Source of the DNA: Tolypothrix carrinoi HA7290-LM1
GTDB lineage: Bacteria > Cyanobacteriota > Cyanobacteriia > Cyanobacteriales > Nostocaceae
Direction of reading: 5' to 3'
NCBI GenBank assembly: GCA_019358935.1
Contig: JAHHIK010000001.1
Location: 132,608 to 196,607 of the forward strand
DNA length: 64,000 nt
The notes below the pieces were generated by a model. It made no database searches. It was not told the origin of the DNA and saw only the letters and a program-made list of their open reading frames with translations. This document shows, piece by piece, positions 19,696 to 28,073 of the stretch (its first letter is position 1; each line of letters starts with the position of its first letter). A program made the translations under genes and the position numbers.

Positions 19696-20565
19696 CTAAC
19701 CACTACCCATTCCCCATTCCCCATTCCCCATTCCCCAAGAAAATCGCGGTGCTTTCCACAAGGTATCTAGCAGGATAGTCAAAGGGGCAAGGGCAAACAG
19801 TGCCCAAAAAACTGCGGTGGAAACAAAAAAATAATTCCGCAGAATAAAAGTTAATATGGCGATGCACATTGCCCAAATCACACGCGCAATTCGAGCATTG
19901 GGAATTGACCGGGGGTCTGTTACCATAAACAGGGCAAATAGCAGCAACGATCCACTCATCAATCGATGCCAGTAAACATCCCAAGTCCAGCCCAACCAAA
20001 AATTGCGAATTGCTTCCATAAAAGCGTATGTAATTAAAAAAGCAGCTGTTGTATCCCAACGTCCGACTCGCTTGAGAATCATGCCACCTGTGCCGGCAAA
20101 TAACAGCCCATACCACCAATCATCACCCCATTGTCCCGGTGAAACCCAGGCATCGGGGGTTAGTAATAAGGCACAAATGATACCAGCGTTGGCGGGATTA
20201 AAGAAATGTTTATCGCCGACTTTGAAGACAAATTTACTAGCGATCGCCACAAATCCAGCTAAAGCCATTGTCGTCCAATCATCAGCCCGTAAAAGTAAGC
20301 TAAGTCCCAACGCAGTAATTAGAGGACTCCGAAAGTTTGTTTTTTCTTCTTTGTCTGTTGCAAATGACTTTTGACTCGTACAGACGCGATATATCGCGTC
20401 TCTACAACTCTTGACTAATGACAAAAGCCATTGCGTTGATACACAGGTTGCGATCGCCACTACAATCAACTCTGGTCGCAGCGTCCAGTCTCTTGTACCA
20501 ATTCCCAAAACTAGGAATAAGGAAAGAAATAAAATTTGATAATCTCGTATATCTTTGAGCAACAT
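19696..20565 (-). CDS. RnfD/NqrB-like integral membrane protein
   Basis: KHFFNPAN and FMVTDP motifs, many TM helices; C-terminus runs into STRR. Confidence 0.8.
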   Translation of the reverse strand: MLLKDIRDYQILFLSLFLVLGIGTRDWTLRPELIVVAIATCVSTQWLLSLVKSCRDAIYRVCTSQKSFATDKEEKTNFRSPLITALGLSLLLRADDWTTMALAGFVAIASKFVFKVGDKHFFNPANAGIICALLLTPDAWVSPGQWGDDWWYGLLFAGTGGMILKRVGRWDTTAAFLITYAFMEAIRNFWLGWTWDVYWHRLMSGSLLLFALFMVTDPRSIPNARIARVIWAMCIAILTFILRNYFFVSTAVFWALFALAPLTILLDTLWKAPRFSWGMGNGEWGMGSG

Positions 20566-20774
20566 TGCTCCTTAACTCAGGGATTTCCCCTAAACTTAGG
20601 TGTGTCACCAATCTAAACGCGTAGATGCGAAAATCATGCTGCCGTTACAAATTTTGTTACAGTTAAGTTAGATATGGCTATTAATTAGATTAATTAGTTA
20701 TTTATTTTACATAATACAATACCGTAAATTTTCTTATAGTAAGCCTTACAAAATCTAAAATTGAAAGACTTAAG

Positions 20775-21452
20775 ATGCAATTCGCTTCTTTATATCCGCT
20801 TGTTTACCGAATTCTCAAACCAACGTTTCCTAAGTGTCTTTGGTGTGGCGATCCAAATTCTAAAGCGATCGCACTCACGTTTGATGATGGTCCCCATCCT
20901 CAATACACGCCGGAACTTTTAGCCGTTTTAGACCGCTATAATATTAAAGCTAGTTTTTTTTGGTTGGGTGTTTGCGTCAATCGAAATCCGGCGATCGCTA
21001 AAACAATATGCGATCGCGGTCACTGGATCGGATTGCATAACTACGATCATCGCAATTTCCCGATGCTTTCCCCAACTGAACTTCAGCAAAGCTTAGAAAA
21101 AACCCAAGCTGCAATTTATAATGCTTGCAATTTACCACCCTCACAAGTACGTGATGTCCGACCCCCCAACGGCTTCTTTACACCGGAAACTTTAAAAATC
21201 TTACATCGGTGGAATTACCGAGCAGTTATGTGGAGCGTTGTACCAGAAGATTGGGTAAGACCAGGAGTCGCTACTGTAGTGCAGCGAGTTCTCCAGCAAG
21301 TAGAAAACGGCTCACTGATTGTTTTGCATGATGGCGCTTGCGGCGGACAAGATGTTGGCGCTACAGCAGAAAGCCTGATTCCCCAATTGCTACAACAAGG
21401 CTATCAGTTTGTGACAGTTGATACTTTATGGCAGCAAGTCGCACTCAGGTAA
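20775..21452 (+). CDS. Polysaccharide deacetylase (CE4/NodB family)
   Basis: LTFDDGP, HNYDH, RPP and IVLHD motifs. Confidence 0.92.
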   Translation: MQFASLYPLVYRILKPTFPKCLWCGDPNSKAIALTFDDGPHPQYTPELLAVLDRYNIKASFFWLGVCVNRNPAIAKTICDRGHWIGLHNYDHRNFPMLSPTELQQSLEKTQAAIYNACNLPPSQVRDVRPPNGFFTPETLKILHRWNYRAVMWSVVPEDWVRPGVATVVQRVLQQVENGSLIVLHDGACGGQDVGATAESLIPQLLQQGYQFVTVDTLWQQVALR

Positions 21453-21712
21453 TAATCACCTATAAGATGAGTGGTAGCGCCAATAGTTAACGCTTAACAT
21501 TCCCGCTTTTATTGCTATCTATGAACGCGCTGCCAAGTAATACCCTTTTAGAGTAGAATAATAATATGGCAACGGTGTCCCACATACATTTTAATTTAGG
21601 TAGTATACGCACTTTGTCACTTGCACGAAAAGTGCCAATAGTCAAGCAATTAAGTACCAACAATAGTTGGCTGGTGCTTATGACCGAAGAAATTAAGAAT
21701 GAGTGAATTTAC

Positions 21713-22072
21713 TTAAGATACGTTGGAGTTGCTTCTAGCGACTTTGCGTTTGTGAGCTACTTCAGGTTGGGGTGTGCTAGCAAGCGTTGGCTCGTCAGTT
21801 CCCAATAGGTCATGTATCTGGTTTAAAGATGTTGGTGTTTTTGCCGAAATCTCTTCTGGTGATGCACTTACGTACTCAATCAGGTCTTCTACCTTGCAGT
21901 TCAGAGCTTGGCAAAATCTCACGATTCTTTCAATATGGTCTGTTCCAGTCCTGCCACTCTCCCAGTTTTGGATCGTGCTTTCAGTCACTCCGACAAGACG
22001 TGATAGCTCAAGCTGGGTCAGCCCTGCTTTGTCACGCAGAAAGGCGATTCTTGGTTTTGCTTTCTGTTTCAC
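21713..22072 (-). CDS. XRE-family HTH transcriptional regulator, divergent from the tandem array
   Basis: LTQLELSRLVGVTESTIQNWESG; GTG start. Confidence 0.88.
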   Translation of the reverse strand: MKQKAKPRIAFLRDKAGLTQLELSRLVGVTESTIQNWESGRTGTDHIERIVRFCQALNCKVEDLIEYVSASPEEISAKTPTSLNQIHDLLGTDEPTLASTPQPEVAHKRKVARSNSNVS

Positions 22073-22170
22073 AGCTACAGCACTTTATATTTTAACTTAT
22101 AGTCGTAGATCCTAGCACCAAAAAAAACCAGCGCCCAGGAATTTCCCAAAAAAAACTTTTGCCCAAACTC

Positions 22171-22206
22171 TTGACACCCCCAATAACTTTGGTTAAAACT
22201 ATTGGG
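22171..22206 (+). promoter_or_regulatory. Putative promoter (TTGACA) overlapped by inverted repeat CCCAATA-N14-TATTGGG
   Basis: TTGACA at 22171-22176, 17-nt spacer, imperfect -10 TAAAAC; inverted repeat at 22179-22206. Confidence 0.45.
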
Positions 22207-22453
22207 TATGAGATTAGCCTCTTTTAGAGTCCGATTATAAAGGACAGATAAAGCGCACGCATTCAACTTGAAAAAAACTTTCAGAAAAATCCGGAATGAT
22301 GCGACTTTGATTTGAATCTCATAACATCAAACGACAGCGTAAAAACCCTGAGAACTCCTCAAATTTTAAGTATGTATACGCAAATTGAGTCACAGGATTT
22401 ATAAGTCAGTTTGAACCAACTACAACATACAAATAATCAGGTCTAGAAATATT

Positions 22454-22831
22454 ATGTTGAAGAATTTCGCTTTTGGTTTACTGGCTGCAACTTTGGCGAT
22501 CGCTCCTGGTGCAGCAGCATTTGCAGGTCAAGGTCAAAGCAACGTGCAAGTTACCACACAAGACGGTGCAGCAATCGATGGTAGCACCAACGCTCAAAGC
22601 TCCACAAGCACCAACGTGCAACAACAAATTCAAAACGCACAGAAAAAAGCTGGTGCTTATCGTCCTGGCAGATACTACAACCCGGCTTGCAGAGGTGGAT
22701 CAACTGCTCAATCTCAAGGTTCTGTACAACGTACAAGCCAAAGCGGTGCTGCAATTGGCGGTTCTGTGAATGCTCAAGATAGCGTTACAACCAGCAATCA
22801 GCGTCAAATTTTAGCTGCCGGCTGCCGCTAA
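22454..22831 (+). CDS. Secreted Q/N/S/G-rich two-repeat protein, array copy 1 (Cys-pair subtype)
   Basis: Sec signal ending AFA; repeats VQxTxQxGAAIxGSxNAQxS. Confidence 0.88.
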   Translation: MLKNFAFGLLAATLAIAPGAAAFAGQGQSNVQVTTQDGAAIDGSTNAQSSTSTNVQQQIQNAQKKAGAYRPGRYYNPACRGGSTAQSQGSVQRTSQSGAAIGGSVNAQDSVTTSNQRQILAAGCR

Positions 22832-22954
22832 TTACTGCATAAGTTCCGATGGCGTTACCTACTTAATAAAAGAATCACGCTAACGATTCCACAAGTCAAA
22901 TAACGCCTTCTTTTTCATCAACAACACATACACAAATATTTAGGTATAAAAACA

Positions 22955-23329
22955 ATGTTGAAGAATCTCGCATTTGGTATCTTAGCCGCAGCAATCGCGA
23001 TCGCTCCTGGTGCAGCATTTGCCGGTCAAGGTCAAAGCAACGTGCAAGTTACCACACAAGACGGTGCAGCAATCGATGGTAGCACCAACGCTCAAAGCTC
23101 CACAAGCACCAACGTGCAACAACAAATTCAAAACGCACAGAAAAAAGCTGGTGCTTATCGTCCTGGCAGATACTACAACCCGGCTTGCAGAGGTGGATCA
23201 ACTGCTCAATCTCAAGGTTCTGTACAACGTACAAGCCAAAGCGGTGCTGCAATTGGCGGTTCTGTGAATGCTCAAGATAGCGTTACAACCAGCAATCAGC
23301 GTCAAATTTTAGCTGCCGGCTGCCGCTAA
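22955..23329 (+). CDS. Secreted two-repeat protein, array copy 2 (Cys-pair subtype)
   Basis: Mature part identical to copy 1. Confidence 0.88.
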   Translation: MLKNLAFGILAAAIAIAPGAAFAGQGQSNVQVTTQDGAAIDGSTNAQSSTSTNVQQQIQNAQKKAGAYRPGRYYNPACRGGSTAQSQGSVQRTSQSGAAIGGSVNAQDSVTTSNQRQILAAGCR

Positions 23330-23452
23330 TTACTGCATAAGTTCCGATGGCGTTACCTACTTAATAAAAGAATCACGCTAACGATTCCACAAGTCAAATA
23401 ACGCCTTCTTTTTCATCAACAACACATACACAAATATTTAGGTATAAAAACA

Positions 23453-23827
23453 ATGTTGAAGAATCTCGCATTTGGTATCTTAGCCGCAGCAATCGCGATC
23501 GCTCCTGGTGCAGCATTTGCCGGTCAAGGTCAAAGCAACGTGCAAGTTACCACACAAGACGGTGCAGCAATCGATGGTAGCACCAACGCTCAAAGCTCCA
23601 CCAGCACCAACGTGCAACAACAAATTCAAAACGCACAGAAAAAAGCTGGTCGTTATCACGGTGGCAGATACTACAACCCGGCTTGCAGAGGTGGATCAAC
23701 TGCTCAATCTCAAGGTTCTGTCCAACGTACAAGCCAAAGCGGTGCTGCAATTGGCGGTTCTGTGAATGCTCAAGATAGCACCACAACCAGCAATCAGCGT
23801 CAAATTTTAGCTGCCGGCTGCCGCTAA
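23453..23827 (+). CDS. Secreted two-repeat protein, array copy 3 (Cys-pair subtype)
   Basis: Same architecture; linker RYHGGRYYNPAC. Confidence 0.88.
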   Translation: MLKNLAFGILAAAIAIAPGAAFAGQGQSNVQVTTQDGAAIDGSTNAQSSTSTNVQQQIQNAQKKAGRYHGGRYYNPACRGGSTAQSQGSVQRTSQSGAAIGGSVNAQDSTTTSNQRQILAAGCR

Positions 23828-23951
23828 TTACTGCATAAGTTCCGATGGCGTTACCTACTTAATAAAAGAATCACCACTAGATTCCACAAGTCAAATAACG
23901 CCTTCTTTTTCATCAACAACACTCACACACAAGTAAATTAGGTTTAAAACA

Positions 23952-24326
23952 ATGTTGAAGAATTTTGCTTTTGGTATCTTAGCTGCTGCGATCGCTATTG
24001 CTCCGGGTGCAGCATTTGCCGGTCAATCTCAAAGCAACGTGCAAATTACTGAGCAAAACGGTACAGCAATCAATGGTAGCACCAACGCTCAAAGCTCCAC
24101 CAGCACCAACGTGCAACAACAAATTCAAAACGCACAGAAAAAAGCTGGTCGTTATCACGGTGGCAGATACTACAACCCGGCTTGCAGAGGTGGATCAAGT
24201 GCTCAAGCTCAAGGTTCTACTCAAATTACACGCCAAAGCGGTGCTGCGATTGACGGTTCTGTGAATGCTCAAGATAGCGTTACAACTAGCAATCAGCGTC
24301 AAGTTTTAGCTCGTCGCGGCTGCTAA
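23952..24326 (+). CDS. Secreted two-repeat protein, array copy 4 (Cys-pair subtype, more diverged)
   Basis: Same architecture; ends RRGC. Confidence 0.88.
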   Translation: MLKNFAFGILAAAIAIAPGAAFAGQSQSNVQITEQNGTAINGSTNAQSSTSTNVQQQIQNAQKKAGRYHGGRYYNPACRGGSSAQAQGSTQITRQSGAAIDGSVNAQDSVTTSNQRQVLARRGC

Positions 24327-24428
24327 TTATTCTATCAAGTTATCAGGCGTTGCTTACCATTATTTGATGAACATACAACGCCATTTCTCTCATCAACCAT
24401 ACACACACAATTAATCAAGTCTAAAAAT

Positions 24429-24803
24429 ATGTTGAAGAATCTTGCATTTGGTATCTTAGCCGCAGCAATCGCGATCGCTCCTGGTGCAGCATTTGCCGGT
24501 CAAGGTCAAAGCAACGTGCAAGTTACCACACAAGACGGTGCAGCAATCGATGGTAGCACCAACGCTCAAAGCTCCACCAGCACCAACGTGCAACAACAAA
24601 TTCAAAACGCACAGAAAAAAGCTGGTCGTTATCACGGTGGCAGATACTACAACCCCGCTTGCAGAGGTGGATCAAGTGCTCAATCTCAAGGTTCTGTACA
24701 ACGTACAAGCCAAAGCGGTGCTGCAATTGGCGGTTCTGTGAATGCTCAAGATAGCGTTACAACCAGCAATCAGCGTCAAATTTTAGCTCGTCGCGGCTGC
24801 TAA
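24429..24803 (+). CDS. Secreted two-repeat protein, array copy 5 (Cys-pair subtype)
   Basis: Same architecture; mosaic of copies 2-4. Confidence 0.88.
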   Translation: MLKNLAFGILAAAIAIAPGAAFAGQGQSNVQVTTQDGAAIDGSTNAQSSTSTNVQQQIQNAQKKAGRYHGGRYYNPACRGGSSAQSQGSVQRTSQSGAAIGGSVNAQDSVTTSNQRQILARRGC

Positions 24804-24928
24804 TTACTGCATAAGTTCCGATGGCGTTACCTAATTAATAAAAGAATCACCACAAGATTCCACTGACTCAAATAACGCCTTCTTTTTCATCAACAACACT
24901 CACACACAAGTAAATTAGGTTTAAAACA

Positions 24929-25294
24929 ATGTTGAAGAATTTTGCTTTTGGTATTTTGGCTGCTGCGATCGCGATCGCTCCTGGTGCAGCATTTGCAGGT
25001 CAAGGTCAAAGCAACGTCCAAGTTACCACACAAGACGGTGCTGCAATCAATGGTAGCACCAACGCTCAAAGCTCCGTCAGCACCAACCGCCAACAACAAA
25101 TTCAAAACGCACAGAAAAAAGCTGGTGGATACCGTGGCAGCTACTACAAGCCCCGCTACCCCAAAGCTAACACAAACCAATCTCAAGGCTCTGTCCAACG
25201 TACAAGCCAAAGTGGTGCTGCGATTGATGGTTCTGTGAATGCTCAAGATAGCGTAACCCGCAACAACCAAACCCAAAATGTTCGCGGTCGCTAA
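24929..25294 (+). CDS. Secreted two-repeat protein, array copy 6 (Cys-free subtype)
   Basis: Linker GYRGSYYKPRYPK; no cysteine. Confidence 0.88.
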   Translation: MLKNFAFGILAAAIAIAPGAAFAGQGQSNVQVTTQDGAAINGSTNAQSSVSTNRQQQIQNAQKKAGGYRGSYYKPRYPKANTNQSQGSVQRTSQSGAAIDGSVNAQDSVTRNNQTQNVRGR

Positions 25295-25396
25295 TTATTA
25301 ATTAAGTTCAATGGCGTTGCATACATTACTTAACAACAGACAACGCCCGCATCGCTCATCAACAACACTCACACACAAATATTAAGGTTTAAAACA

Positions 25397-25762
25397 ATGT
25401 TGAAGAATTTTGCTTTCGGTATTTTGGCTGCTGCTTTAGCTATTGCTCCTGGTGCAGCATTTGCAGGTCAAGGTCAAAGCAACGTGCAAGTTACCACACA
25501 AGACGGTGCTGCAATCAATGGTAGCACCAACGCTCAAAGCTCCACAAGCTCCAACCGCCAACAACAAATTCAAAACGCACAGAAAAAAGCTGGTGGTTAC
25601 CGTGGCAGCTACTACAAGCCCCGCTACCCCAAAGCTAACACAAACCAATCTCAAGGCTCTGTCCAACGTACAAGCCAAAGCGGTGCTGCGATTGACGGTT
25701 CTGTGAATGCTCAAGATAGCGTAACCCGCAACAACCAAACCCAAAATGTTCGCGGTCGCTAA
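25397..25762 (+). CDS. Secreted two-repeat protein, array copy 7 (Cys-free subtype)
   Basis: Near-identical to copy 6. Confidence 0.88.
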   Translation: MLKNFAFGILAAALAIAPGAAFAGQGQSNVQVTTQDGAAINGSTNAQSSTSSNRQQQIQNAQKKAGGYRGSYYKPRYPKANTNQSQGSVQRTSQSGAAIDGSVNAQDSVTRNNQTQNVRGR

Positions 25763-25865
25763 TTATTAATTAAGTTCAAAGGCGTTGCTAATTAAAGTTT
25801 AACTCAAACAACGCCCTTTCCAAACAAAAACAACACTCACACACAAGTAAATTAGGTTTAAAACA

Positions 25866-26231
25866 ATGTTGAAGAATTTTGCTTTCGGTATTTTGGCTGC
25901 TGCGATCGCGATCGCTCCTGGTGCTGCATTTGCAGGTCAATATCAAGGCAACGTGCAGTCTACCACACAAGACGGTGCTGCAATCAATGGTAGCACCAAC
26001 GCTCAAAGCTCCGTCAGCACCAACCGCCAACAACAAATTCAAAACGCACAGAAAAAAGCTGGTGGTTACCGTGGCAGCTACTACAAGCCCCGCTACCCCA
26101 AAGCTAACACAAACCAATCTCAAAACTCTAGACAAGGTACACACCAAAGCGGTGCTGCGATTGACGGTTCTGTGAATGCTCAAGATAGCACAACCCGCAA
26201 CAACCAAAGCCAAAGTGTTCGCGGTCGCTAA
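25866..26231 (+). CDS. Secreted two-repeat protein, array copy 8 (Cys-free subtype)
   Basis: Same architecture, slightly diverged repeats. Confidence 0.88.
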   Translation: MLKNFAFGILAAAIAIAPGAAFAGQYQGNVQSTTQDGAAINGSTNAQSSVSTNRQQQIQNAQKKAGGYRGSYYKPRYPKANTNQSQNSRQGTHQSGAAIDGSVNAQDSTTRNNQSQSVRGR

Positions 26232-26345
26232 TTATTAATTGAGTTATTAGGCGTTGCATTCATTGAAGGAATCAGCCAAATTATTCTGCTTCTAGAGCAA
26301 CGCCTGCTCGAAATCACTAAGAAATTTCAAATCGGATTCAAAAAT

Positions 26346-26696
26346 ATGTTGAAGAAAACTTACGCTTTTAGTCTTTTAGCCGCAGCAATGATTATAGCAC
26401 CATCTGCTGCCTTCGCAGGCGATTCAGGTACTCGCCAAGAGCTTAATCAAAGTGCTACTTCGATTAACAACAGTCGAGTCGATCAAAAAGCTAGCCAAAC
26501 TAGCTACCAGTACCGCACCAATGGAGCAGGTTCTCGCTACGGCAACAAATACTGTGGAGGAAACCAGCAATCACAACGCTCAAATCAGCGTATTGACCAA
26601 AATGGTGTAGCGATCAATGATAGCGTTGTCAGCCAACGTGCCGACCAAACAAACTTGCAACGTCAAGCTGGTGCCGCTCAACGGTACTGCCGCTAA
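26346..26696 (+). CDS. Diverged ninth paralog of the array proteins (Cys pair present)
   Basis: AFA signal; repeats QELNQSATSINNSRVDQ and QRIDQNGVAINDSVVSQ; KYCGG linker and RYCR end. Confidence 0.82.
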   Translation: MLKKTYAFSLLAAAMIIAPSAAFAGDSGTRQELNQSATSINNSRVDQKASQTSYQYRTNGAGSRYGNKYCGGNQQSQRSNQRIDQNGVAINDSVVSQRADQTNLQRQAGAAQRYCR

Positions 26697-26978
26697 AGCA
26701 CTTGTGTTATCAGCTTAAGCTATCAAGTTTCAAACTTAAAATGCTGTGGCTGCTGACTAAACCCTTGATTAATTCTACTGCCACGAGAAAGGCGTTGTTA
26801 AATAATTCTTGCAGCGCCGGGATCCGATAAGCAAATTGCTTTTAAGTCGAATTAGTCTGGAGTGCGATCGTGTGGTGTGGTGTGGTGCTGACAGCTTTTT
26901 AACAGGGGTATTACCGATTTGCTAGCTTGCGAAGCAGAAAAAAAAATCGGTTTTTTCTATTAGGAGAGTGATTAAGTT

Positions 26979-27491
26979 ATGTTTCCCAAACAAACAGTTT
27001 CATTACTAGCAGTCTTGTCTGCGCTAATTGCATTACCAAGTGGAATTGCCAGAGCCGGTGACATTTTCGTTCAAACTGATAACGTTCAAGTCTCGGTTGG
27101 CAATGACAGCGGTATCCGGATTAACAACACTCCCACACACAGGTTCAAGTCTCCCCGTTGGCTTTCTGCACCGATCGCATCACCTCGCAGCATTGTCACA
27201 GCAGGTAACACGATAGTTGAAACTGACGACGTTATGGTCGATGTTGATGACTACGATGACGACGACGATATCAGGGTTAACACAACTCCCAGAAGAACTA
27301 TTATTCGCACTCCAGCGCGGATTTATCGACCAAATAATGTTCGGACTTACGGAATTTGGAAAAACCCCCGCTCAACTCCGTCTATGAAATGTAATGGCAG
27401 AAATATAACTCAGAGAAGCATTCAAAGCCATAGTTCCGGTAGAGCAGTTAACCGCAGTTATAGTTCGACTACAACAACAACTTGTCAATAG
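26979..27491 (+). CDS. Secreted hypothetical protein with duplicated N-terminal beta module and C-terminal Cys pair
   Basis: Signal peptide ending ARA, AGGAG RBS; paralog at 32791-33156. Confidence 0.8.
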   Translation: MFPKQTVSLLAVLSALIALPSGIARAGDIFVQTDNVQVSVGNDSGIRINNTPTHRFKSPRWLSAPIASPRSIVTAGNTIVETDDVMVDVDDYDDDDDIRVNTTPRRTIIRTPARIYRPNNVRTYGIWKNPRSTPSMKCNGRNITQRSIQSHSSGRAVNRSYSSTTTTTCQ

Positions 27492-27525
27492 TTCACGTTT
27501 TGTTTATTTCCATTAGGATACAACC

Positions 27526-27912
27526 ATGAATTCCAAATTACTTTCTCTCGGTATTTTCTCAGTTGTAAGTGTATCTCCTTTCTTGATGCCTTCGTTTACT
27601 CCTAAAGCTGCGGCTGGGTGTGTTGCAGTTGATGTGGCAGCGCAAGTAGCGGTTGACGGTTCCAGAACACGTTCGCAATCGAATAATGTTAGTCAACGCT
27701 TTGACCCGAATTGCAGTGGTGGCAGTGTCACCAGCGTCGGCAACCAAGTTTGTGTTTCTACCAAGTGCGAACAAAGACGGACAAGCAATCAGTCTGTTAG
27801 TGGAAACGGTGGATACAACACTGGTGGTCGAAATATTAACATTAAAGTAAATCCTCGAGTAAAAGTATACAACCCAGCTGCTGACCCCAACTCTCCGCTT
27901 TATAGGAGATAA
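27526..27912 (+). CDS. Secreted Cys-containing S/N/Q/V-rich hypothetical protein
   Basis: Signal peptide ending AAA; four Cys; beta-rich composition. Confidence 0.8.
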   Translation: MNSKLLSLGIFSVVSVSPFLMPSFTPKAAAGCVAVDVAAQVAVDGSRTRSQSNNVSQRFDPNCSGGSVTSVGNQVCVSTKCEQRRTSNQSVSGNGGYNTGGRNINIKVNPRVKVYNPAADPNSPLYRR

Positions 27913-28073
27913 ATAAACCCAATATCTATAAATTGGGTGTAACGATTTAATCGTTTTGAATTCCCCTTCGGGGGAATTTCGTCATAATTACTTTATTAAC
28001 ATAACTTTGGGGGGGTTTCTCTGGGAACTGTAGTTGGGGCGGCTCATACTATATAGTCAGGGGAGTTAATCTA

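Noticed and set aside
22473..26213. Overlapping alternative-frame and antisense ORFs in the array
   Set aside because: They recur only because the underlying genes are duplicated; they have inconsistent starts and no RBS.
22454..26696. Array read as a CRISPR array or integron cassette array
   Set aside because: Units are ~500-bp intact paralogous genes with no unique spacers. The intergenic inverted repeat runs GTT...AAC, opposite to attC (AAC...GTT), and no cas or integrase gene is in the window.
22454..26696. Array read as RiPP precursor genes
   Set aside because: Leaders are classic Sec/SPase I signals, not double-glycine or Nif11 types, and no modifying enzymes or peptidase transporter lie nearby.
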